Shown in pieces: positions 54,756 through 64,000 of a stretch of 64,000 bases of DNA (within the stretch, counting starts at the first letter, position 1; each line of letters starts with the position of its first letter). Source of the DNA: an uncultured Gemmatimonadaceae bacterium (lineage in GTDB: Bacteria; Gemmatimonadota; Gemmatimonadetes; Gemmatimonadales; Gemmatimonadaceae); contig CAWGJO010000012.1 in NCBI GenBank assembly GCA_963822945.1, positions 32,001 through 96,000 of the forward strand, read 5' to 3'. A model generated the notes under the pieces. That model was not told where the DNA came from, did no database searches, and saw nothing but the letters and a program-made list of their open reading frames with translations. Both the position numbers and the translations under genes were made by a program.

Positions 54756-55843
54756 TAAGGCGCTCCCAGCGCATAGGTCGTCATGACGTCGTCGCCCAGG
54801 ACCCGGCGTTCCAGTACCCGCAGGCGCTCCAGGCGCGCGACGTCCCCCGGCGGCGCAAACGCAAAGGCGTTGAGGGCGCCCTGCCCCAGCACCACCGGCG
54901 CCTGAAAGATAATCAAGCGATCCACGGCGGCGCGCTCGAGGAAGCTGCCCGCCAGGCGGGCTCCCCCCTCCACGAGCAGGGATCCGATGCCGCGCTGCGC
55001 CAGCGCCTGCAGGGCCTCGGGCAGCCCGGAAGCGACCACCACGTCGACCCCCGACGCCTCGAGGGTCCGCGCCCGCTGTGGATTCGGCTCCCGGGCCACG
55101 ACGATGACCGGCGTCTCCCGGGCCGTGCGGACGAGCACGGAATCGGGCGGTGTACGCAGCGTGGAATCGAACACCACCCGGCGCAACGGGATGCGCGGTG
55201 GCTCCCAATCGCGCACCGTCAGCGCCGGATCGTCGCCCAGCACCGTCCCGATGCCGACGGCAATCGCATCGTGGCCCGCCCGCAGGCGGTGAACTTCGCG
55301 ACGCGACTCGGCACCGGTAAGGTGCGTGGTGGTGCTCCGGTCGGCGGCGGCGATCGCGCCGTCGATGGACATCGCCAGCTTGAGCGTGACGAATGGACGT
55401 TCGGGGTGCGCGAACCGGTGGAAGAACGGCGCGTTCAAGTCGCGCGCGGCCGCCTCCCCCTCCCCCAACTCCACGGCCACCCCGGATTCGCGGAGGCGTT
55501 GCGCGCCGCCCGCCGCCTCCGGATTGGGGTCGCCGACGGCGATCACCACACGACTCACCCCCGCCGCGGCGATCGCCTCGGTGCACGGGGGCGTCTTGCC
55601 CTGGTGGACGCACGGTTCGAGCGTCACATACAGCGTCGCGCCCCGGGCGCGCTCCCCCGCGGCTCGCAGCGCCGCCACCTCGGCATGGGCCTCGCCGAAG
55701 CGGGCATGATATCCCTCGCCCACCACCACGCCGTCGCGGACGAGGACGGCGCCGACCATGGGGTTCGGCGCCGTCTTGCCCCAGCCCTCGCGGGCCAGGT
55801 CCAGGGCCCGGCGCATGAACGCCGAGCCGCCGCGATCAGTCAC
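54755..55843 (-). CDS. ribD: Riboflavin deaminase/reductase RibD
   Basis: PNPMVG, HAE, TLEPC..PPC, LVEGG. Confidence 0.96.
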   Translation of the reverse strand: MTDRGGSAFMRRALDLAREGWGKTAPNPMVGAVLVRDGVVVGEGYHARFGEAHAEVAALRAAGERARGATLYVTLEPCVHQGKTPPCTEAIAAAGVSRVVIAVGDPNPEAAGGAQRLRESGVAVELGEGEAAARDLNAPFFHRFAHPERPFVTLKLAMSIDGAIAAADRSTTTHLTGAESRREVHRLRAGHDAIAVGIGTVLGDDPALTVRDWEPPRIPLRRVVFDSTLRTPPDSVLVRTARETPVIVVAREPNPQRARTLEASGVDVVVASGLPEALQALAQRGIGSLLVEGGARLAGSFLERAAVDRLIIFQAPVVLGQGALNAFAFAPPGDVARLERLRVLERRVLGDDVMTTYALGAP

Positions 55844-55846
55844 GCG

Positions 55847-56833
55847 CTACCATGCGAAGCGAAGCCCCACGGAGCCGTAGAGGCGTGACGCGTTCGCATC
55901 CTTGTTGGCGAACGAGTTGTACGTGGCCACCGAGCCGCCGGACGCCTGTCCGATCTCGCCGACGAGCTTGAGGATCGGGAGGTTGAGCGAGAGATCGGCG
56001 AACATGTTGGTGCGCGTCATGTTCTGCGACAGCGAGACCTGCGCCGACTGCTGCCCCAGCGCGCTTCCCTGGACGGTGGCGCTGGTGCTGTACTTATCCT
56101 GCCCGACACCGGCCGCAAGCCCGAAGATGATGAAGTGCTTGCTGGCCACCAGGCGCCACGCGGTGGTCCCGATATCCATGTTCGACACGTTGAAGGAGGC
56201 CCCGTTCGAGGTGCCATCCAGCGTCACCGTGGGGAGATCGCGCTTGAGATACGTGAGCGCGACGCCCGGCACCACGATCGACTCCTTGAGAATCCCCAGA
56301 CGTGCCCCGTACCCGAACTTGAGCGAACCGTTGGGCGTATTCACGCTGAGGCTGTTCTGATTCACGTTCGGGATGTACGAGACGTTCACCAGGAAGTCCA
56401 ACCCGAGCACGTTGGTGACGCCCAGGGGCAGCCCGTTCCAGAGGCCGATGGCCGCATCAACGACCGGCATGGGCAGCGGTTGATTGGTCTTCGTGGGCAG
56501 CGTCTGCGCGGGGCTCGCACCGGTGATCCGGGTGTTGAACTGATCCACCTGCGGGAGCGTGCCCGCCACGATGTTGGCCCGGATGCCGAGCGAGAAGTGG
56601 CCGAACCCGCCAAGGATCCCGCCCTGTCCGAGCGTCGCGTTGCCGCCGGCGATCGCCGTGCCGAGCTGCGGCGCCATGTATTGGAACACGTCGACCGCCT
56701 GCTGGCAGGCATCCTGCGTTACCTGCGCAGAACTCCCGAGCGCACCGCTCGGACAAGACGTCGACTGCGCCAGGGCCGCCGATGCCGTCAGCAGCAGTGC
56801 GCCGACCGCACCGAACATGCCTCTTGCCTTCAT
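55847..56833 (-). CDS. Hypothetical secreted protein, probable outer-membrane beta-barrel
   Basis: GGAGGAG RBS, signal peptide, amphipathic beta-strands, C-terminal YGSVGLRFAW. Confidence 0.8.
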   Translation of the reverse strand: MKARGMFGAVGALLLTASAALAQSTSCPSGALGSSAQVTQDACQQAVDVFQYMAPQLGTAIAGGNATLGQGGILGGFGHFSLGIRANIVAGTLPQVDQFNTRITGASPAQTLPTKTNQPLPMPVVDAAIGLWNGLPLGVTNVLGLDFLVNVSYIPNVNQNSLSVNTPNGSLKFGYGARLGILKESIVVPGVALTYLKRDLPTVTLDGTSNGASFNVSNMDIGTTAWRLVASKHFIIFGLAAGVGQDKYSTSATVQGSALGQQSAQVSLSQNMTRTNMFADLSLNLPILKLVGEIGQASGGSVATYNSFANKDANASRLYGSVGLRFAW

Positions 56834-57874
56834 AACTCCTCCGCGTGGTAAATGTTTGGGCGACCCGAACCGCGAACCACACGGCCCACCTGCCACCCCT
56901 CGCATCCGGTAGCGGCGACGGAGGCCATGACGGCCTCGGCGTCGGAAGGCGCGACGATCACGACCATCCCGATCCCCATATTGAACGATCGGTACATGTC
57001 GGCCGTCGGCACGCCTCCTGCCCGCTGCAATTGGACGAACAAGTTCGGCACGCGCCACGCACGCGCATCGACGTCCGCGTCCAATGTGTCGGGGATCACT
57101 CTTCCCAGATTGCCGGGCAGTCCGCCCCCCGTAATGTGAGCCATCGCACGAATCCGGCCGAGGACCGGGCGCAGGGCCGCGGAGATACGACCGGTGAATC
57201 CGGAGCAGCACGTCGGCCACCGTGCCCTCCTCCCCCGGGAATGCATCGCTCATCCCCAGCCGCATCCGCTCCGCCACGATACGCCGGGCCAGCGAATACC
57301 CGTTGGTGTGGAGCCCGCTGCTGGCCAAGCCAAGCAACACGTCACCTTCGCGCACGCGCTCGGCCGAGAGGATCGCGTCTTCCTCCACATAGCCGACGAT
57401 GAACCCCGCCAGGTCGAAGTCCGGCGGTGTATAGAGGCCGGGCATCTCGGCGGTCTCGCCACCGACGAGCGCGCACCCGTTGTCGCGACATCCCGCGGCC
57501 ACCCCGGTCACGATCGCCTCGACGACCGCGGGCACGAGCACACCGAACGCCACGTAGTCGAGGAAGAAGAGCGGCGACGCGCCCTGCACCAGGATGTCGT
57601 TCACACAGTGGTTCACCAGATCGTGCCCCACCGTGTCATAGCGGCCCGATTCGACGGCGACCTTGATCTTGGTGCCCACGCCGTCGGCGCTGGACACGAG
57701 CACGGGCTGCTTCGCGTCTTGCGGGAGGCGGAACATCCCGCCGAACCCGCCGAAGCTGCCGCGCGCGCCCGCCGTGAACGTCGATTCGACCAGGCGCTTG
57801 ATGCGGTGCTTGGCGTCGTCCGCCGCATCGATGTCCACGCCGGACGATCGATAGTCGAGAGGGGCCTCGCTCAT
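56830..57874 (-). CDS. purM: Phosphoribosylformylglycinamidine cyclo-ligase (+1 frameshift near 57181)
   Basis: DYRSSGVD, DGVGTK, GGETAEMP, GLHTNGYS in one frame; AHITGGG, FNMGIG in the other. Confidence 0.95.
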
Positions 57875-58794
57875 CCAAGCATCTCCGCTTCGAACGACAC
57901 CAGGCGGTGGAACTCCCGCACGCGGCGGTCGACGTCACTCGGCTCGATCTCGAGCAGGCGCTCGACCGAGAACTTCTCGACGGCGAACGACCCCATGGCG
58001 CTGCCGTAGATGACGGCGCGGCGCAGATTCTCCTCGGACACGTCGCCGGTATGAGCCAGGTAGCCCATGAACCCGCCGGCGAACGAATCGCCGGCCCCCG
58101 TCGGATCGAAGACTTCCTCGAGCGGATAGGCGGGCGCGAAGAACACCGAGGTCGGCGTGAACATGAACGCCCCATGTTCACCCTTCTTGATGATCACGAG
58201 CTTGGGGCCGCGATCCATGATCCACTTCGCGGCCTTCACCAGATTGAACTGCTCGGTGAGTTGCCGGGCCTCGCCGTCGTTGAGCGTGATCGCGTCCACG
58301 CGCTCCAGCAGCGAGAGCAGTTCGGGGCGCCGGCTCTCGATCCAGAAGTTCATCGTATCGCAGGCGACGAGCGTCGGCTCGCGCACCTGGTCGAGCACGT
58401 CGAGCTGGAGGCGCGGATCGATGTTGCCGAGGAACACGAACGGCGAGTCGCTGAACTGCTCGGGAATCTTCGGGTGGAAGTTGGAGAACACCCCGAGGTG
58501 CGTCTCGAGCGTCTCGGCGACGTTGAGGTCGTGGCGGTAGCGGCCGCGCCAGCGGAACGAGGGTCCATCCGCCGTCTCGACGCCGGCAAAGTCGACGCCG
58601 CGCCGGATGAGCGGCTCCAGCCGGTTCATCGGGTAGTCGTTGCCGACCACGCCCACCACGCGCACGCGCGCGAGGTGACTGGCCGAGGCGGAGAAGAAGT
58701 TGGCCGATCCGCCGATCACGTTGTCCGCCTTGCCGAACGGCGTTTCCACGGAATCGAGGGCGACCGAGCCGACCACCAGCACGGTCTGCTTCAC
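57871..58794 (-). CDS. PfkB family carbohydrate/nucleoside kinase
   Basis: [23 protein letters not shown]. Confidence 0.93.
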   Translation of the reverse strand: MKQTVLVVGSVALDSVETPFGKADNVIGGSANFFSASASHLARVRVVGVVGNDYPMNRLEPLIRRGVDFAGVETADGPSFRWRGRYRHDLNVAETLETHLGVFSNFHPKIPEQFSDSPFVFLGNIDPRLQLDVLDQVREPTLVACDTMNFWIESRRPELLSLLERVDAITLNDGEARQLTEQFNLVKAAKWIMDRGPKLVIIKKGEHGAFMFTPTSVFFAPAYPLEEVFDPTGAGDSFAGGFMGYLAHTGDVSEENLRRAVIYGSAMGSFAVEKFSVERLLEIEPSDVDRRVREFHRLVSFEAEMLG

Positions 58795-60446
58795 ATGCGC
58801 TCCGGGGCTGAGATGCCGAGAAGGGTGAGTCCGTTGTGCAATACGATCTGCGACGCGCGGGCGAGGGCGAGCCGGGCGTTCATGACCGGCTCGGGTTCGT
58901 TGAGCACGTGGGCTGAGTGGTACCAGAGGTGGACCTTTCCCGCGAGATCGTGCAGGTAGTTGGCCACCCGGTGGGGTTCCAGCGCGGTGGCTGCCCCGGC
59001 GACGAGCGCCGGATAATCGAGCAGCGCCTTGATCAGCTCTCCTTCCTCGGGCCGGGCGAGCTGGGTGAAGTCGACGCCCTCGCCCGTGACCGACGCCGCG
59101 TCGATCTCCCCCACGCGGAAGATGCCGGACATCCGGGCGTGCGCCATCTGGATGTAGTAGACCGGGTTCTCCTCCGACTGGGAGCGCGCGAGGTCGACGT
59201 CGAACTGCAACTGCGAGTCGCCCTTGCGCATGAGGAAGAAGTAGCGGACCGCGTCGCGCCCCACCTCGTCGATCAGGTCGCGGACGGTCACGTAGCTGCC
59301 GGCGCGCTTCGAGATCTTCACTTCCTCACCGCCCTTCATCACCGTCACCATCTGATGCAGCACGTACTCGGGGTACCCTTCGGGGATCCCGATGCCGAGC
59401 GCCTGCAGCCCGATGCGCACCCGGGTGACCGTGCTGTGATGGTCCGATCCCTGCACGTTGATGGCGCGCCTGAACCCGCGTTCCCACTTGGTGACGTGGT
59501 ACGCGACGTCGGGCACGAAGTAGGTGGGCTCGCCCCCCTTCTCCGCGCTCCGGCGCATGACGCGGTCCTTGTCGTCGCCGAAGTCGGTGGTCTTCAGCCA
59601 GAGGGCGCCATCCTTCTCATACGTATGGCCGGCCGCCACGAGCCGATCGATCGTCTCGCCCACCTTCCCTTCGGCGTACAGCGACGACTCCAGGAAGTAC
59701 ACGTCGAATTTCACCCCGAACGCCTGCAGGTCGCGGTCCTGTTCGTGGCGCAGCTCCTGCACCGCGAACCGGCGCACCGCGTCCAGATCGGCGCCGTCCG
59801 GATCGCCGGGGTACCCATCGACGTATCGTTGGGCGATCTCCCGGATGTACTCGCCGTGGTACCCGCCCTCCGGGATCTCGATCGAGCGCCCGTGGAGCTG
59901 CGCGATCCGCGCCCGCACGCTGGTGGCGAGATTCATGATCTGCGCCCCGGCGTCGTTGTAGTAGAACTCGCGCGTGACCGCCCAGCCGGTGGCTTCGAGC
60001 AGGGACGAGATGGCGTCGCCGAGCGCGGCCTGTCGCCCGTGCCCCACGTGCAGCGGACCGGTGGGGTTGGCCGACACGAACTCGACGTTGACGGCCTGCC
60101 CGGCCGCCGAGTGGTCGCGGCCGTACGCGCGCCCCGCCTGGACGAGCGCCAGCAACCCCTGGGCGAGGGTGTCCGTGGCGACGCGGAAGTTGATGAATCC
60201 GGGCCCCGCGATCTCCGCGGAGCGAACGCCGCCGCGCGCGAGATCCATGGCATCGATGAGCTGTTGCGCCAGGTCGCGCGGCTTCCGGCCGAGCGGCTTG
60301 GCGAGCGTCATCGCCAGATTCGTGGCCCAATCGCCGAACGCCGGATCGCGCGGACGTTCGAGGAGGGGCGTCACATCGTCGGGCGCGCCCAGAGCCCGCG
60401 CCGCCCGCGTGAGCTCGGCGCGCAGGAGATCGTCACCGGCCATCAA
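58791..60446 (-). CDS. argS: Arginyl-tRNA synthetase
   Basis: [39 protein letters not shown]. Confidence 0.98.
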   Translation of the reverse strand: MMAGDDLLRAELTRAARALGAPDDVTPLLERPRDPAFGDWATNLAMTLAKPLGRKPRDLAQQLIDAMDLARGGVRSAEIAGPGFINFRVATDTLAQGLLALVQAGRAYGRDHSAAGQAVNVEFVSANPTGPLHVGHGRQAALGDAISSLLEATGWAVTREFYYNDAGAQIMNLATSVRARIAQLHGRSIEIPEGGYHGEYIREIAQRYVDGYPGDPDGADLDAVRRFAVQELRHEQDRDLQAFGVKFDVYFLESSLYAEGKVGETIDRLVAAGHTYEKDGALWLKTTDFGDDKDRVMRRSAEKGGEPTYFVPDVAYHVTKWERGFRRAINVQGSDHHSTVTRVRIGLQALGIGIPEGYPEYVLHQMVTVMKGGEEVKISKRAGSYVTVRDLIDEVGRDAVRYFFLMRKGDSQLQFDVDLARSQSEENPVYYIQMAHARMSGIFRVGEIDAASVTGEGVDFTQLARPEEGELIKALLDYPALVAGAATALEPHRVANYLHDLAGKVHLWYHSAHVLNEPEPVMNARLALARASQIVLHNGLTLLGISAPERM

Positions 60447-60823
60447 TCGCCTTTCTTGGGAGTGCTCTTGTCGGCGCCGGAATTGGCGCCCTTGCTCGCC
60501 TTCGCGTCCGATCCGCCGGAGGACGAACCCTTGCCGGCCTCTCCCCCGGAACCACCGCTCGACGCCCCTTCACCGCCGGGCTTGGCGCCCTCACCCGTCG
60601 GGCGCGCCGGCTTGGCGTCACCGCGCGTGGCATGGGCATTCTTGCCGTAATCCGTCAGGTAGAACCCCGAACCCTTGAACAGCAGGCCGGCGCCGGCCGA
60701 GAGCTGCCGGACTCCGACGGCACCGCATTCCGGACACGGGACTTCCGACTGCGAAGCGCTGATCGTGCGGTAGAACTTCTCGAAGTCGTGGCCGTTGGGG
60801 CAGCGGTACTCGTAAGTAGGCAT
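60443..60823 (-). CDS. FmdB family zinc-ribbon protein with low-complexity tail
   Basis: [24 protein letters not shown]. Confidence 0.92.
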   Translation of the reverse strand: MPTYEYRCPNGHDFEKFYRTISASQSEVPCPECGAVGVRQLSAGAGLLFKGSGFYLTDYGKNAHATRGDAKPARPTGEGAKPGGEGASSGGSGGEAGKGSSSGGSDAKASKGANSGADKSTPKKGD

Positions 60824-60846
60824 TTCGCGGGGACTTAAGACAGCGA

Positions 60847-60875
60847 AAGCTACCCGCCGCGTGAGGGCCGTTCAA
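60847..60875 (-). promoter_or_regulatory. Promoter for FmdB-argS operon
   Basis: TTGAAC-N17-TAGCTT. Confidence 0.6.
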
Positions 60876-60901
60876 GGGCACGGGCCACGCTCGCCGTGGC
60901 G

Positions 60902-62504
<1,603 letters not shown>

Positions 62505-62517
62505 ATAACTGAGAAGA

Positions 62518-62667
62518 GGCGGAACCGAGAAACGACGCAGGGCCGAGACTACGCAGGGCATGAACAGCGCAGGGCCGAAACCGCGGGGATGTGGAGGAGT
62601 TGAAACAGCGGATTTGGGAAAGGACGAAACAGCGAATTCGGGAAGTTACGAAACAGAAAGATACGGC
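62518..62667 (+). repeat. Left arm: 16-bp tandem units, then GAAACAG-led 24-bp units
   Basis: ggcggaaccgagaaac/gacgcagggccgagac/tacgcagggcatgaac/agcgcagggccgaaac; gaaacagcggatttgggaaaggac/gaaacagcgaattcgggaagttac/gaaacagaaag. Confidence 0.8.
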
Positions 62668-62703
62668 GTGGGGTGGATTGTAGCCGCAGGCAGCATATCC
62701 GGG

Positions 62704-63078
62704 ATGCATCGTGCCGTTATGAATACGGCGACCAACGTGCGGGATCTGAAGGTCTGGGACGCGGCGCGAATGCTGGCCCGTGAAGTGCGCCGGGTAGCGG
62801 AGGCCGCGCGGGGAGAGGGGTCGGGCGACGTGTGGGCCCAGGCGAAACGTGCCGCCGACTCGGTTGGGGCGAACATCGCCGAAGGGTGCGGGCGCCCGAC
62901 GACGGCCGACCGGCGTCGGTTCTTCTCAATCGCGGTCGGCTCCCTTCGCGAAACCCAACATCATCTGCGTAGCTGCCACGACTATGGCCTGCTCGAAGAA
63001 CGAGAGTACCTGCGGCTGGCAGGCCTGGCGAGCGTCACACGGCGCATGCTCGAATCCCTGTCGGCCCGCCTGCGCTGA
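62704..63078 (+). CDS. Four-helix-bundle protein (23S rRNA IVP / Avd-like family)
   Basis: RDLKVW..A, QAKRAADSVGANIAEGCGR, FFSIAVGSLRET signature; start may be 62719. Confidence 0.9.
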   Translation: MHRAVMNTATNVRDLKVWDAARMLAREVRRVAEAARGEGSGDVWAQAKRAADSVGANIAEGCGRPTTADRRRFFSIAVGSLRETQHHLRSCHDYGLLEEREYLRLAGLASVTRRMLESLSARLR

Positions 63079-63130
63079 ACGTTGGATGCATGGACGGCTT
63101 GGAGGTCGAAAGGCGAAACGCTACTCCACC

Positions 63131-63290
63131 TTGTTGATCGCCGTTGATGGCCGTTGATGGCCGTTGATCGCCGTTGATCGCCGTTGATCGCCGTTGATCG
63201 CCGTTGATCGCCGCTAATCGCTGTCGCACGCCGCTGCACGCTGTCGCACGCTGTCGCACGCCGCTCCTCGTCGTTTCACGGCGTTTCAAC
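63131..63290 (+). repeat. 10-bp-period tandem array
   Basis: CCGTTGAT(C/G)G x7 (63141-63210) drifting to CTGTCGCACG-type units in the same register. Confidence 0.95.
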
Positions 63291-63320
63291 CCGCTTCTGG
63301 AGTGCTTCCGACTCCCCGCA

Positions 63321-63400
63321 GTTTCGGTCCTGCGCCGTACCGGCCCTGCGTCGTTTCGGTCCTGCGTGGTATCGGCCCTGCGTCGTTTCTCGGTTTCGCC
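63321..63400 (+). repeat. Right arm: 16-bp tandem units, inverted relative to the left arm
   Basis: gtttcggtcctgcgcc/gtaccggccctgcgtc/gtttcggtcctgcgtg/gtatcggccctgcgtc/gtttctcggtttcgcc. Confidence 0.85.
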
Positions 63401-63416
63401 GCTTTTCGGTTCGTGG

Positions 63417-64000
63417 TTACGCCGTAGCCAACTCCCCTTTCAACATCCTCTCCGCCAACTGCACATCATCCCGGCTGCCGATGTACAACGGCGTCCGCTG
63501 GTGCAATTCCGTGGGCTGTACGTCGAGCACGCGGTTCGTGCCGTCGCTCGCCAGCCCCCCGGCCTGTTCCACGATGAACGCCAGGGGATTGGCTTCGTAC
63601 AGCAGGCGGAGCTTGCCGTCGGGCGATTTGGTGTTGCGCGGATAGGCGAAGATTCCGCCGCCGAGCAGGTTGCGGTGGAAGTCGGCGACCAGCGATCCGA
63701 CGTAGCGAATGCTCAGCGGCTTGCGGTCGCCCTCCAGCCCGCGGTAGCGACGCATCAGCAATCGCACCTCGTCGCTCCACAGTTGCTGGTACGAGTCGTT
63801 GACCGACAGGTACCGGCCGACGGGCGGGATCTGAATGTTGGGATGCGAGAGCAGGAACTCGCCGATCGACGGATCGAGGGTGAATCCGTGGGCACCCTGC
63901 CCCGTGGTGTACACCAGCATCGTGCTCGATCCGTAGATGACGTAGCCCGCCGCCACCTGGCGCCGCCCCGGCTGCAGCATGTCCTCCATGACCCCGTCGC
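63417..64000 (-). CDS. fbp: Class 1 fructose-1,6-bisphosphatase (3' part; 5' end outside window)
   Basis: [34 protein letters not shown]. Confidence 0.95.
   Translation of the reverse strand, partial: DGVMEDMLQPGRRQVAAGYVIYGSSTMLVYTTGQGAHGFTLDPSIGEFLLSHPNIQIPPVGRYLSVNDSYQQLWSDEVRLLMRRYRGLEGDRKPLSIRYVGSLVADFHRNLLGGGIFAYPRNTKSPDGKLRLLYEANPLAFIVEQAGGLASDGTNRVLDVQPTELHQRTPLYIGSRDDVQLAERMLKGELATA

Larger units (their letters stand above)
62507..63411. mobile_element. Putative inverted-repeat-bounded cassette carrying a four-helix-bundle gene
   Basis: Arms 62507-62559 and 63359-63411 are reverse complements at 46/53 positions with a 24-bp perfect core; the cassette fills the fbp-mutase gap; mobility is inferred, not shown. 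Confidence 0.55.

Noticed and set aside
55847..57874. 675-aa PurM-outer membrane protein fusion in the ORF track
   Set aside because: Artefact of the +1 indel in purM; the downstream gene has its own RBS, ATG and signal peptide.
62704..63078. Diversity-generating retroelement (Avd-like gene)
   Set aside because: No reverse transcriptase and no TR/VR pair with adenine-specific differences in the window.
62982..63289. Repeat-peptide ORFs (QRRSTAINGD)n on the minus strand
   Set aside because: These are translations of the 10-bp DNA array; they have no RBS and overlap the four-helix gene.
63131..63290. Possible CRISPR array
   Set aside because: Units are 10 bp and contiguous, with no unique spacers and no cas genes in the window.

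Overview
GC-rich chromosomal core region of a diderm bacterium. Gene content and order look most like Gemmatimonadota (inference, no search run). It holds about 70 mostly housekeeping genes, largely on the minus strand: serS, groES/groEL with a CIRCE, coaX/birA/bshA/miaA/mutL, a MoxR-DUF58-Bat cluster, scpAB/rluB, rpsT, pyrRBC, two tRNA-Ser, tadA, clpB, selB, recO, a cobalamin-riboswitch-controlled btuFCD-btuB operon, metK, an hpf-hprK-mannose-family PTS-ptsH-ptsI cluster, ribD/ribE/ribBA/ribH/nusB, purM, argS, a methylmalonyl-CoA mutase and a partial fbp. Six genes carry seven single-base indels that look like long-read consensus errors. The most unusual item is a ~900 bp cassette (62507-63411) filling almost the whole fbp-mutase intergenic gap. 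It contains an antisense four-helix-bundle (23S rRNA IVP/Avd-like) gene flanked by long inverted arms built of short tandem units, plus a drifting 10-bp array. Other notable observations: a protein resembling the archaeal CdvA coiled coil fused to a zinc ribbon, a recurrent TTGnnn-N17/18-TAGCTT promoter signature, a sigma54-type site before clpB, and a sensor-less kinase-like ORF with a displaced His that the ORF track missed.
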